Shown here: one piece after another, positions 18,969 through 28,191 of the stretch
Position numbering within the stretch: the first letter of the stretch is position 1
Layout: every line of letters starts with the position of its first letter
Assembly: GCA_964003275.1 (NCBI GenBank)
Contig: CAXFJI010000001.1
Location: 1-37,725, forward strand
Reading direction: 5' to 3'
DNA from: an uncultured Planctomycetaceae bacterium
GTDB lineage: Bacteria > Planctomycetota > Planctomycetia > Pirellulales > UBA1268
DNA length: 37,725 nucleotides
Program-made: the position numbers and the translations under genes
The notes under the pieces: generated by a model
Told to the model about the DNA's origin: nothing
The model's database searches: none
What the model saw: only the letters and a program-made list of their open reading frames with translations

Positions 18969-20726
18969 ATGCTTCATGTCACATCGCCACTTGCAGTATT
19001 TATTTTTGCAGCATTTGTAATAGGTGTTATTGGCTTATCTTTTTGGCTGGGTCGAAAAAAGCAATCATCACAAGCTTATTATGCTGCGCATGGGCAAGTG
19101 CATTGGTTTGTGAATGGAATCGCATTTGCCGGCGACTATCTCTCCGCAGCTTCTTTTTTAGGAATCTGTGGAATGATTGCTTTCGCAGGTTACGATGGAT
19201 TTCTCTACTCTATCGGTTTTCTAGCTGGCTGGATTGTTGCTCTGTTTGTGATTGCTGAGCCTATTAAGGCACTTGGGCGGTTTACGTTCGCCGATGCACT
19301 TGATGCAAAATTCAACAGCCGTGGAATCAAGATGGCTGTTGCAATTTCTACGCTTGTCGTGAGTGTTTTCTATCTTATTCCACAGATGGTTGGTGCCGGT
19401 TCACTCATTACACCGTTACTGGGTCTGCCTCAGTCGGTCGGAGTCATTTTGGTCGGCATTGCCGTGACCTTGATTGTTGTTACAGCCGGCATGGTATCGA
19501 CCACGTGGGTTCAATTCATAAAAGGATCACTTCTTGTGTTTTTCTGTGGCATTCTCACGGTTCTCATTCTGTATCGGGGATTAGAGGTAAACGCTGGACG
19601 TCCTGGTTTGGAAGATAGAACACCGCAAGTCAAGACACTCCGTCCCGATGGAACTGTGCTTGTTGACGGGAAGCCACAAGCAAAGGGTTCTCATGACCTT
19701 CGCCCAGTTGGCACAATTTTGAGACTGCCTGATCGCTATGAAGGCAAGAGATCGACCGGTCCATTAAGACCACTTGAATATCTCGCAGCACTCGAAGACT
19801 CCACGGTTATTACATGGTCTGCTAAGCGGTACACAGATGAAGAAGGAACACATATTAGGTATTCACCTGTTGAACGAAAAGGAGCAGATCTTTTGAAGCC
19901 CGGTGGATACTTTAAAGGTCTGTCAAGCGGTACACTAACTGGTCGACTGGATTTTGCAAGTCTTATGCTTGCTCTTTTTTGTGGTACTGCATCACTGCCA
20001 CATATCCTCATTCGCTACTATACAGTCAAGGACGGTGCGGCCGCACGCAAGAGTACAGTTGTTGGTATAGCAGCAATTGGTGTGTTCTATGTGCTCACAC
20101 TCTATTTGGGGCTTGGTGCTATGACGAGCGGTGGTTTAGATCCCACTGATACGAACATGGCAGCTCCACTTCTTGCAAAGTCATTCAGTACCACACTCTT
20201 TGCAATTATTTCAGCCATTGCTTTCACGACCGTCCTAGGCACGGTCAGTGGTCTTATCATGGCGGGCAGTGGGGCTGTTGCGCACGACCTTGTGGAGAAT
20301 GTGTTTGGCGTACAGATGAGTGATTCAGAGAAAGTTCGCTGCGGTAAACTATCAGCGGTCGCTTTAGGTGTCATTGCAATGGCACTTGGTATTCTCTTTA
20401 AGCAGTTTAATGTCAGTTTCCTTGTGGGCTGGGCATTTAACATAGCTGCCAGTGCGAATCTGCCTGCTCTGGTGATGCTATTGTTTTGGCCAAGAACGAC
20501 GAAACAAGGAATCATTGCATCCGTCACTGTCGGAATGGTGTCATCCCTTGGTTGGATTTTGCTTTCAGCGGATACCTTTGAGAAGGTGTATGGTCTTTCA
20601 CGAGACTTGTCTCCCATGCCATTTAGCCAGCCGGGTCTTGTGACAATACCCCTCGGTTTCCTCGTATTAGTGGGGGTTTCATTGATCACACATCGCCCTG
20701 ACGCAGTGACGCAAAAAGGGGGGTAG
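18969..20726 (+). CDS. actP: Cation/acetate symporter ActP-like (sodium:solute symporter family) with an enlarged central loop
   Basis: Collinear with E. coli ActP by recall: AFAGDYLSAASFLGI, GRFTFAD, YLIPQMVGAG, TTWVQFIKG, GTASLPHILIRYYTV, GSGAVAHDL. The start at ATG 18969 lies just after the DUF485 stop. Confidence 0.9.
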   Translation: MLHVTSPLAVFIFAAFVIGVIGLSFWLGRKKQSSQAYYAAHGQVHWFVNGIAFAGDYLSAASFLGICGMIAFAGYDGFLYSIGFLAGWIVALFVIAEPIKALGRFTFADALDAKFNSRGIKMAVAISTLVVSVFYLIPQMVGAGSLITPLLGLPQSVGVILVGIAVTLIVVTAGMVSTTWVQFIKGSLLVFFCGILTVLILYRGLEVNAGRPGLEDRTPQVKTLRPDGTVLVDGKPQAKGSHDLRPVGTILRLPDRYEGKRSTGPLRPLEYLAALEDSTVITWSAKRYTDEEGTHIRYSPVERKGADLLKPGGYFKGLSSGTLTGRLDFASLMLALFCGTASLPHILIRYYTVKDGAAARKSTVVGIAAIGVFYVLTLYLGLGAMTSGGLDPTDTNMAAPLLAKSFSTTLFAIISAIAFTTVLGTVSGLIMAGSGAVAHDLVENVFGVQMSDSEKVRCGKLSAVALGVIAMALGILFKQFNVSFLVGWAFNIAASANLPALVMLLFWPRTTKQGIIASVTVGMVSSLGWILLSADTFEKVYGLSRDLSPMPFSQPGLVTIPLGFLVLVGVSLITHRPDAVTQKGG

Positions 20727-20736
20727 AATTGCGGTG

Positions 20737-21285
20737 ATGCACCGCAAAAAGCCAACGCCTCCAATTCGTCCTATTCTGCAATGCTCGGCGAGCCAATTGC
20801 CAGCGATTCAGAAGATATTTAATGATGCAATCTTGCACTCAACGGCTTTGTACGAATATGTACCAAGAGATGAGAAAATCATGCAGGCATGGTTGTCATC
20901 AAAGCAGAACAATAATATTCCTGTTATTGGTATTGAATGGGAGCCTGGCGTTCTCGCCGGATTTGCAACGTGGGGAGAATTTCGGCCTCGTGCTGCATAT
21001 AAATATGCAGTAGAGCACTCTGTTTATGTCGATGAGCAATTTCGCGGCGAGGGCATTGGCAGACAACTCTTGGAAGCTTTGATAGATGCTGCAAAGCAAC
21101 ATGAACGGCATTCGCTGATTGCGGGTATTGATGCAACAAACGTAGCGAGTGTTGCGCTTCATAGCTCACTAGGATTTCACTGCTGTGGCACCGTTCGTGA
21201 AGCAGGCTTTAAGTTTGGGAAATGGCTTGATCTCGAGTTTTGGCAACTACTGTTGCCAACACCAGCCAACCCAAAGGATGGATAA
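20737..21285 (+). CDS. GNAT N-acetyltransferase, phosphinothricin/methionine-sulfoximine acetyltransferase-like
   Basis: It has the IFNDAI...STALYEYVPR pattern, HSVYVDEQFRGEGIGRQLL (the acetyl-CoA Q/RxxGxG site) and LHSSLGFHCCGTVREAGFKFGKWLDLEFWQLLL. It starts 10 nt after the actP stop. Confidence 0.85.
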   Translation: MHRKKPTPPIRPILQCSASQLPAIQKIFNDAILHSTALYEYVPRDEKIMQAWLSSKQNNNIPVIGIEWEPGVLAGFATWGEFRPRAAYKYAVEHSVYVDEQFRGEGIGRQLLEALIDAAKQHERHSLIAGIDATNVASVALHSSLGFHCCGTVREAGFKFGKWLDLEFWQLLLPTPANPKDG

Positions 21286-21374
21286 ATAATACGATGTGAA
21301 AAGTCGTTCGGCTTTATCTCAAAAGGATGAAGCGATTGTTTTCCAAAAGGAGTCGTTTCGAATGTGCACCTGCA

Positions 21375-21623
21375 TTAGGCGACGGGTTTTCTAAAGCTCC
21401 TGTAGGCTTGCAATACATCATGAAGATCTGAAGTGATACTAATTTCATCTTCTTCAAAGTCGCTCAACCAGGTTCGGTCACTTTCTGCAGCATCAACGAG
21501 CAGAGGAAGAATGTCACCGAGTGTTACACGCACTCGATTCGAATCAGTTGATTCATGAAGCACCGAGGTGGCTGGTGCAAGAGTTTCCGGACCTGTGTAG
21601 ATTCTGAGTTTTCGAATAGCCAT
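21375..21623 (-). CDS. Small acidic hypothetical protein (82 aa)
   Basis: The ATG at 21623 is preceded by AGGGAG about 7 nt upstream. The protein begins MAIRKLRIYTGPETLAP and contains LSDFEEDEISITSDLHDVLQAYRSFRK. I recognise no family. Coding status rests on the SD, ORF length and strand context only. Confidence 0.5.
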   Translation of the reverse strand: MAIRKLRIYTGPETLAPATSVLHESTDSNRVRVTLGDILPLLVDAAESDRTWLSDFEEDEISITSDLHDVLQAYRSFRKPVA

Positions 21624-21820
21624 ATGGCACACTCCCTTGCCAACGAATGTCTGTAGAAAGCAGTGGGCCAAATCAGTTTGGCCGTCTTCATGACGGGCAC
21701 TACTCTCACAGCACTTAATATCGGCAGAAAATGGCCGTAAAGTTTGGCTGAATTTCCCGGATGAGTCGGATTATGCCATTTATGATGGCAAACTGCGGAA
21801 AGAGGGGGTTTGTGAAAAGA

Positions 21821-22762
21821 TTAGCTCTTCCCGTTCACGGTCACATGACCAGCACGGAAAGCATCTCCAATGCTTTTTGGAACCAATGCCTCGGCCCGCA
21901 GGAGTTGGGCACGATTGTCAGCGGTCTCAGCCTTCATTTCCTGCTCTCTCGCAATCGCAACACTTCGACGTTCTTCTGCTTTTGCTTGTGCTACCCTTGT
22001 ATCGGCCTCAGCTTGATCTGCCTGAAGTCGAGCACCTATGTTTTCACCTACTTCGATATCAGCAATATCAATCGAAACAATTTGGAATGCTGTTTGGGCA
22101 TCAAGCCCTCGTTCCAGTACAGCCTTGGAGATAGTATCTGGATGTTCCATGACCTCAAAATGGCTTTGAGCAGATCCAATTGACGTGATAATACCCTCAC
22201 CAACTCGAGCAATGATCGTTTCCTCTGTTGCCCCACCAATCAGTTGCTGAAGATTGGTTCGAACAGTAACCCGTGCACGAATTCGCAACTCGACACCATT
22301 TTTTGCAACGGCTGATAAGGTCGATTTGCCACTGGCAGCATCAGGACAGTCGATCACCTTCGGATTGACACTTGTCTGGACAGCATCAAGAACATCACGG
22401 CCTGCTAGATCAATTGCACACGTTCGATCAAAATCAAGATCTAAGTCAGCACGATGAGCAGCGATGAGTGCACGAATAACACGAGGTACATCTCCTCCGG
22501 CAAGATAATGCGCTTCAAGTCTTCGGCACGGAATATCTCTCCCAAGACCAGCCTGAGTCGCCATTATTTTTGCCTGGACAATGGTACGGGCATTGACCTT
22601 TCGTAACGTCATTCCGACCAGCTCCATAAAGGTCACAGCGGCCTTAGACCAGTAGGCTTGGAACCAAAGTTGACCGTAATTAAAAAGAAGGAGAAGCATG
22701 GTCAGGGCAGCGAGGCCCAGAATCACAGTCATGATTACAAAAACAGGTGCGGGAATGTCCAT
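21821..22762 (-). CDS. floA: Flotillin-like protein FloA (UPF0365/YqfA, SPFH superfamily)
   Basis: N-terminal [23 protein letters not shown]. Motifs: [53 protein letters not shown], and the Ala/Glu-rich C-terminal coil [15 protein letters not shown]. Confidence 0.9.
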   Translation of the reverse strand: MDIPAPVFVIMTVILGLAALTMLLLLFNYGQLWFQAYWSKAAVTFMELVGMTLRKVNARTIVQAKIMATQAGLGRDIPCRRLEAHYLAGGDVPRVIRALIAAHRADLDLDFDRTCAIDLAGRDVLDAVQTSVNPKVIDCPDAASGKSTLSAVAKNGVELRIRARVTVRTNLQQLIGGATEETIIARVGEGIITSIGSAQSHFEVMEHPDTISKAVLERGLDAQTAFQIVSIDIADIEVGENIGARLQADQAEADTRVAQAKAEERRSVAIAREQEMKAETADNRAQLLRAEALVPKSIGDAFRAGHVTVNGKS

Positions 22763-22815
22763 CGAATTTCCTCTAGGGGTGCTTCATCCACTGACACTGC
22801 AAGCCTAGTTCGTGA

Positions 22816-23925
22816 TCAGGCGACAATCCAGCCGCCACCCAGCAGTTTATCGCCGTCATAGCAAACAGCCGGTTGCCCCGGAGAAATAGGACCTGGTGAT
22901 ATATCCGGGTAATCCGTAAATGTCGCAAAAAACCGTCCATCTGCACATGGGGTCACGCGCGCAGGAGCCGCTGATCGCTGTGCACGACATTGTACCTGAC
23001 AGGAAAATGGGGTCCTTGGCGGCGTTCCAATCCAGGTTGCTTCAGTAGCCTCTAGATGGTGTTCAGGGACTCTTTCGCGATCTCCGACCACGATTCTGCA
23101 TGATGCTGCCTCAATGCGAACGACATACAATGGCTTTCCTGTAGCAATACCTAACCCATGTCGTTGTCCAACAGTAAATTTTTCAATGCCATCATGTTGC
23201 CCAAGTTTCTCACCATCGATGGTTACGATGTCACCAGCGCGTGACCCGCCTAATCGTGAGGCAACTAATCTGGCATGCTCTCCGGGAGCAACAAAGCATA
23301 TTTCTTGGCTGTCTGGTTTATCTGCTGTTATAAGTCCCAAAGAGCTTGCTCGCTTCCGAACTTCCTGTTTCGAGAGATCTCCAACTGGGAGAAGCATTCG
23401 TGCAAGACGCTCATGGTTGATATCAAAAAGGACATACGATTGATCTCGATCGCAATCTAAACCTCGACGAAGCACAGGACCGGATGAAGTTGGTGTTAAT
23501 CGTGCGTAGTGGCCGGTTGCAATATGACTCGCTCCAACCGCATCTGCATAGTCAAAGAGTCGACCAAATTTGAGCCACGAGTTACATCGAACACATGGAT
23601 TGGGAGTGCGGCCGTGTCCATATTCACTGGTAAAATAATCGATGATATGTTCAAAATCATCTGTGAGATCAAGTGAATACAGTGGAATGTCCAGCCGGTC
23701 GGCGACCCTTCGGGCATCAAGTGCATCGGCGGCAGAACAACAACCCTGATGTCCTGGTCGAGGCGAAGAAACAATAGGTAATCCATCCGAACCTGTCGGC
23801 GGTGGGAGTACTGGTTGACCGTGTCGCATAAAGACACCTATACAGTCATACCCTGCCTCAACCAGCATTGACGCTGCTACACTGGAATCCACACCACCAG
23901 ACATTGCTACAAGTACTCGTGACAT
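22816..23925 (-). CDS. mnmA: tRNA-specific 2-thiouridylase MnmA
   Basis: PP-loop VLVAMSGGVDSSVAA. Motifs: RTPNPCVRCN, IATGHYAR, DQSYVL, KPDSQEICF. Confidence 0.95.
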   Translation of the reverse strand: MSRVLVAMSGGVDSSVAASMLVEAGYDCIGVFMRHGQPVLPPPTGSDGLPIVSSPRPGHQGCCSAADALDARRVADRLDIPLYSLDLTDDFEHIIDYFTSEYGHGRTPNPCVRCNSWLKFGRLFDYADAVGASHIATGHYARLTPTSSGPVLRRGLDCDRDQSYVLFDINHERLARMLLPVGDLSKQEVRKRASSLGLITADKPDSQEICFVAPGEHARLVASRLGGSRAGDIVTIDGEKLGQHDGIEKFTVGQRHGLGIATGKPLYVVRIEAASCRIVVGDRERVPEHHLEATEATWIGTPPRTPFSCQVQCRAQRSAAPARVTPCADGRFFATFTDYPDISPGPISPGQPAVCYDGDKLLGGGWIVA

Positions 23926-23926
23926 A

Positions 23927-24439
23927 TCAGTATCGTACTACTGATTCAACGCGGTGTGGTACAAGAAGTTCACGGCCGCCAAGAGCATCAAGTTCGACTA
24001 AGAAGGCTGCTCCTGCAACACGTGCCCCGGCTGACTCTACTAACTTGATACAAGCTTGCGCTGTCCCGCCAGTTGCCAATACATCATCAACGATGAGAAC
24101 ATTTGATCCTTGTGCGAGTATACCGCGGTGCATTTCGAGGGTATCGTGTCCATATTCAAGTTCATAATCATAGGAAATTGTGTCAGCTGGCAGTTTGCCG
24201 GGTTTACGAACAGGAATCACACCGACCCCTAAAGCGATTGCCAACGGAGTTGCAAAAAGAAAACCACGTGCTTCAACAGCTGCTACTGCATGGATATCGA
24301 CACCTTGCCAGGGAGCTGCAATCTGCTGAATAGCTTCTTTGAGGGCTTCTGGATGTGCGAGAAGCGGAGTGATATCTCGAAAGAGAATACCTGGCTTGGG
24401 AAAGTCAGGAATAGGACGAATGTGTTCGGAAAGATTCAT
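23927..24439 (-). CDS. apt: Adenine phosphoribosyltransferase
   Basis: IPDFPKPGILFRDITPLL, the PRPP loop VLIVDDVLATGGTA, and 170 aa. There is a 1-nt gap to the mnmA start. Confidence 0.95.
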   Translation of the reverse strand: MNLSEHIRPIPDFPKPGILFRDITPLLAHPEALKEAIQQIAAPWQGVDIHAVAAVEARGFLFATPLAIALGVGVIPVRKPGKLPADTISYDYELEYGHDTLEMHRGILAQGSNVLIVDDVLATGGTAQACIKLVESAGARVAGAAFLVELDALGGRELLVPHRVESVVRY

Positions 24440-24456
24440 AGTACGAGCCTAAGGGG

Positions 24457-25326
24457 TCAGGCCCCTCGCCGCAACTGGATCGTGGCCTGAGGAGCACCGT
24501 CAATTTCAAGTGCAAGATTCGAAAGCGTTTCTGATTCAATTTGACGTACGCGTTCACGTGTGAGTCCTAGTACAGCACCAATTTCTTTGAGTGTCATGGG
24601 TTCTCCACCCTCAAGGCCAAAACGTAGTTTGATAATTGTCGAAGCTCGAGTGTCGAGCTCATCAACCCGTTTCAGTACATGCTTAAGCGTATCGTGATCA
24701 AGTAACACTTCAGCGGGACATTTTGCATTTTCATCACGGACAATATCACTGAGTGACCAGCCATCATCCTGATCTGTTTGTGGTGTTGCATTATGTACGG
24801 TGATGGCCTTTTTTATGATCGATAACTTTTTTCTTGCTAGGCCAAGCATACGAGCAATTTCCTCGTGTGTTGGGTTTCGGCCCAGGGTATCTGAAAGTCG
24901 GGCTGTGGCCCGCCGCCATTTTGAAAGTAATTCAACCATATACGCAGGTATTCGAATCGTTTTGCCATTATTGATCAGGGCTCGCTTGATGGATTGCTTG
25001 ATCCAATAACTTGCATAGGTACTAAAGCGCGTTCCAACCTTCGGATCAAAACCTTCAACGGCACGCAAAAGTCCAAGATTCCCTTCTTCTATAAGGTCAG
25101 GAAGTGGTAGGCCTCTATTGGCATAACCCCTCGCAATACTGACAACAAGTCTAAGATTGGCCCGAACCATATGATCACGCGCTGCTGCATCACCACGAGC
25201 AATTGCTTCAGCCAGTTCTTTTTCTTGATCAGCAGTTAGTAAAGAAACCTCATTAATATCGCGGAGATAGGTCTCAAAAGGGGTTTGAACAGCTGATGAT
25301 TGTGTTGTACGGCGGATGCGCGGCAT
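24457..25326 (-). CDS. RNA polymerase sigma-70 family factor (compact RpoD/RpoS-like, regions 1.2-4.2)
   Basis: Motifs: YLRDINEVSLLTADQEKELA, NLRLVVSIARGY, DLIEEGNLGLLRAVEGFD, FSTYASYWIKQSI, TLKEIGAVLGLTRERVRQIE. I trimmed the ORF-track start (25434) to the ATG at 25326 (MPRIRRT). Confidence 0.9.
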   Translation of the reverse strand: MPRIRRTTQSSAVQTPFETYLRDINEVSLLTADQEKELAEAIARGDAAARDHMVRANLRLVVSIARGYANRGLPLPDLIEEGNLGLLRAVEGFDPKVGTRFSTYASYWIKQSIKRALINNGKTIRIPAYMVELLSKWRRATARLSDTLGRNPTHEEIARMLGLARKKLSIIKKAITVHNATPQTDQDDGWSLSDIVRDENAKCPAEVLLDHDTLKHVLKRVDELDTRASTIIKLRFGLEGGEPMTLKEIGAVLGLTRERVRQIESETLSNLALEIDGAPQATIQLRRGA

Positions 25327-25479
25327 GGTGTAAGCAAAACTCCAAAATGAGGCAATTGACAGGAATATGATGTGTCTGAGCACAACCGACTGACATAGGA
25401 ATCGGCAGTCAAGGATGAAGGCCTGCACAAGCACGGGAAAAAAGACGGGTTATGCGGCTTGGGTCAACTGCATTTGTTG

Positions 25480-26505
25480 CTACCGCTCATTCATAGCGGG
25501 ATCAAGCGTCTGCTTGAGAAAAGACAGAAATGCTCGACCAGCTTGATCTGAACGGGTTAGAGGCAGTTCATGTGCGGCATCAACAAACACGAGATAACTT
25601 TCTATTCCAGCTGCCTCTAATGCTGAATGAAAGTGTTTACTCTGCTCAGGTGGTACTTTTTCATCAGCTTTACCGTGAACGATCAGTATTGGTGGAGCGT
25701 CAGAATTAACATGTACAAGTGGACTCGCTCGCTGGGCCGCTTCTCGAAATTCTGGGAGTGGTCCTCCAATAAGTAAGCTTGCCGGTGAGGTGGAGCGATC
25801 ATGTTCTGGTCCAAGAGTCGTCAGGTGAGTTGGGGAGCCAAATATGCCAATACTCGCTACATGAGGGAGGTAACCATTGGCTATCGACTCATTCCACAAG
25901 CCTGATAGAGCTGCCAGATGGCCGCCTGCCGAAGCCCCTGCAAGGCATATTTTTTCTGGATCAATACCCCATACTTCTGCTTTTTCTTTAAGTATGGCAA
26001 TGGCAGATAAGCAGTCGTGAACCTGAGCAGGAAATGTTGCCTCGGAAGAAAGTCGATAACCAATACTTGCAACAGCATAACCCTCATTGGTCAACCACGT
26101 TATTGGGCAGTCATCTCTTGTACCATTGCGCCACGTCGTACCATGAATCCAGATGACAAGTGGAAGTTCACTATGGCATCCTTGAGGAAGGTAAATATCA
26201 AAATGTTGACATGGCAAACAATCATCACGATAGGGCTGGTCTTTATGCACATCCGGTGATTGAGATGTGATCAAGGAATCACTTTGATTGTCAAAAGTTT
26301 CGAACGCTTGATAGGTTCCCCTTCGACGTGCTTTTCTCTTTGCCCGACGTGACATGTGAGGCTGAGGCTCAACACGAAAAGGAGTATCCGACGAAGGTCG
26401 AGGATCGTTCCCAAAACAGAACTCGGAAATTGTCACGACAGTAGCGACAACAAAAAGCAAAATGTTGAAAAGGGGTACTTGGGTGATGCGATGCATCTTC
26501 ATCAT
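25480..26505 (-). CDS. Alpha/beta-hydrolase fold esterase/lipase (secreted or membrane-anchored)
   Basis: Nucleophile elbow GASAGGHLA. Oxyanion-region variant VIWIHGTTW. HGKADEKVP lies near the C-terminus. There is an N-terminal TM helix and a basic stretch RRAKRKARRRG. Confidence 0.8.
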   Translation of the reverse strand: MMKMHRITQVPLFNILLFVVATVVTISEFCFGNDPRPSSDTPFRVEPQPHMSRRAKRKARRRGTYQAFETFDNQSDSLITSQSPDVHKDQPYRDDCLPCQHFDIYLPQGCHSELPLVIWIHGTTWRNGTRDDCPITWLTNEGYAVASIGYRLSSEATFPAQVHDCLSAIAILKEKAEVWGIDPEKICLAGASAGGHLAALSGLWNESIANGYLPHVASIGIFGSPTHLTTLGPEHDRSTSPASLLIGGPLPEFREAAQRASPLVHVNSDAPPILIVHGKADEKVPPEQSKHFHSALEAAGIESYLVFVDAAHELPLTRSDQAGRAFLSFLKQTLDPAMNER

Positions 26506-26769
26506 TTTGGCAAAACAAAAGAGGTATTTTAGACAAGCTACACAAATTAAAGCATATGGTTACGTTTCAGAAGATCAAATAATGAGTTTTTTGGCTGAAT
26601 ATGAAACGGATTTCACAGAATGACGTCTTAAGCAAGCGGTGTTTTTCACACGCTATCTCTGTGTCATGGAGAAGGGGAACGTGTGAGAATTCTGGAAGAA
26701 TGCACAAGTTTTAGGCCTGTCTATGGCAGGTGGTCATGGCTGTTGGCAAGTTGTAACGATTCTTTCGGC

Positions 26770-28191
26770 ATGTATCGCCATTATCTATGTGTGATCAGCA
26801 TACTGTTGGTCTGTTTGCTTAACTTCCTTGCAGAGTGTGCAATCGCTCAGCCTCCCGCACAGTCAGATGTTGAGCCAGAAGAAGTTCGCGAAGCGTGGGA
26901 ACGAATTGACTACGGAAGTGGCCCAGATCGGCGTCTGCATCTCCCAAGGCTCGAAGACCGCGAAATATATTTGTATGGATGGATACAGTATGGACTAGGA
27001 GCAAATAATTGGGGCTCCCCATTCAATGGACCATTGACAATGGCTGACCGCAGTTGGCAGGGGCAACTGAATCAACTGTACATGGTACTGGAACGTGAAA
27101 CAGATGGCACAAAGGGAATTGATTTCGGCGGAAGAGTTGATTTGCTTTTTGGTACAGACTATTTCTACACAACCGCTCTTGGTCTTGATGCATACCCTCT
27201 ACAACCGTTGGGCATTGAGAATATTGCCTCATGGGGATTTTCTAAGGACTATGGTTTCGCATTACCGCAGGTATATGCAGATGTTGCCTATGAGGGAATA
27301 ACTTTGAGATTCGGTCACTTCTATAGCATTCTTGGTTTTGAGCAGGTCCCAGCGCCAGGCAACTTCTTCTATACACACTGTCTTTCAATGCAGTTTTCTC
27401 CTTTTACATTCACTGGATTTCTTGGTTCCTGGCAACCCAATGAACAAGTCACTTTTTTGAGTGGTGTGACGACAGGCTGGAATAATTTTTTTGACAATCA
27501 GCCAATGACAAATGATTTCGCAATTATCAATAAAGGGTATCCGGGAGCAGGCAGTACGGCCAGTTACCTTGGTGGTATTGAGTTTGAAAGTAGTGACAAA
27601 CGTCAAAATCTAGCTATTACAACAACGATTGGAAATGAAGTAACCACTATTAGCCGAAACCCGGCAGATGGTTCGTTGGTCGGTAATCGATCACTTATTA
27701 GTACTGTGTACACGAATCGGCTTAGTAGTCGTCTAACGTGGGTATTCCAAAACGACAATGCGTGGCAATTTAATGCAAATGTGAACGCAGGAAATGCTGG
27801 CCAACAATCAGGTACCGCTCAGTGGTATTCTTTTGTGAACTATCTTTTCTGGGAATTTACCCCAAAGTGGCAAGGAGCTGTACGCTTAGAGTACTTTCGT
27901 GACAACAATGGATACATCGTGTCGGCACCTCTTAGAAATGAAAGTGAACTTGGTAATCCTGGCTATTGGACTGAAGGTTTTGCAGGTACGTTTTGGGAAT
28001 TGACGCTTGGTCTGAATTGGTATCCAAATAACAATTGGCTTATTCGCCCCGAGATACGATATGACTGGTTTTCTCCAAACTCGTCAACAACGCCTTTGCC
28101 ATACGGGAAGCCCCTGGGTCAAGGAATTAACATAGGCGGTGATCAATATGGTCAGTTCTATGCTGGGTGCGACGCAGTCTTGCAGTTTTAG
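26770..28191 (+). CDS. Putative outer-membrane beta-barrel porin (OmpL/BBP2-like)
   Basis: The signal peptide is MYRHYLCVISILLVCLLNFLAECAIAQ. Alternating aromatic/Gly-rich strands run throughout (e.g. WELTLGLNWYPNNNWLIRPEIRYDW). The C-terminal beta-signal ends ...AVLQF. The family call comes from pattern only. Confidence 0.6.
   Translation: MYRHYLCVISILLVCLLNFLAECAIAQPPAQSDVEPEEVREAWERIDYGSGPDRRLHLPRLEDREIYLYGWIQYGLGANNWGSPFNGPLTMADRSWQGQLNQLYMVLERETDGTKGIDFGGRVDLLFGTDYFYTTALGLDAYPLQPLGIENIASWGFSKDYGFALPQVYADVAYEGITLRFGHFYSILGFEQVPAPGNFFYTHCLSMQFSPFTFTGFLGSWQPNEQVTFLSGVTTGWNNFFDNQPMTNDFAIINKGYPGAGSTASYLGGIEFESSDKRQNLAITTTIGNEVTTISRNPADGSLVGNRSLISTVYTNRLSSRLTWVFQNDNAWQFNANVNAGNAGQQSGTAQWYSFVNYLFWEFTPKWQGAVRLEYFRDNNGYIVSAPLRNESELGNPGYWTEGFAGTFWELTLGLNWYPNNNWLIRPEIRYDWFSPNSSTTPLPYGKPLGQGINIGGDQYGQFYAGCDAVLQF

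Noticed and set aside
20102-20764. 220-aa ORF antisense to actP
   Set aside because: It lies completely opposite a strongly supported transporter CDS. Its Arg/Pro/Ser-rich composition is typical of antisense translation.
21666-21683. GGCCAAA-TCAG-TTTGGCC hairpin as the floA terminator
   Set aside because: No U-tract follows it on the minus strand. It lies about 140 nt downstream of the floA stop and about 45 nt upstream of the small ORF start, so its role is unclear. I mention it only in the floA finding.
24457-25434. N-terminal extensions in the ORF track for the sigma factor (25434), and likewise at 26683, 8973, 4834, 15122, 16960, 18909, 29920 and 31274
   Set aside because: The extensions start at upstream ATG or alternative codons. 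They encode non-native-looking residues ahead of an internal ATG that has an SD and/or a proper signal peptide, or they overlap the preceding gene. I trimmed them to the internal starts, so the exact start codons remain predictions.
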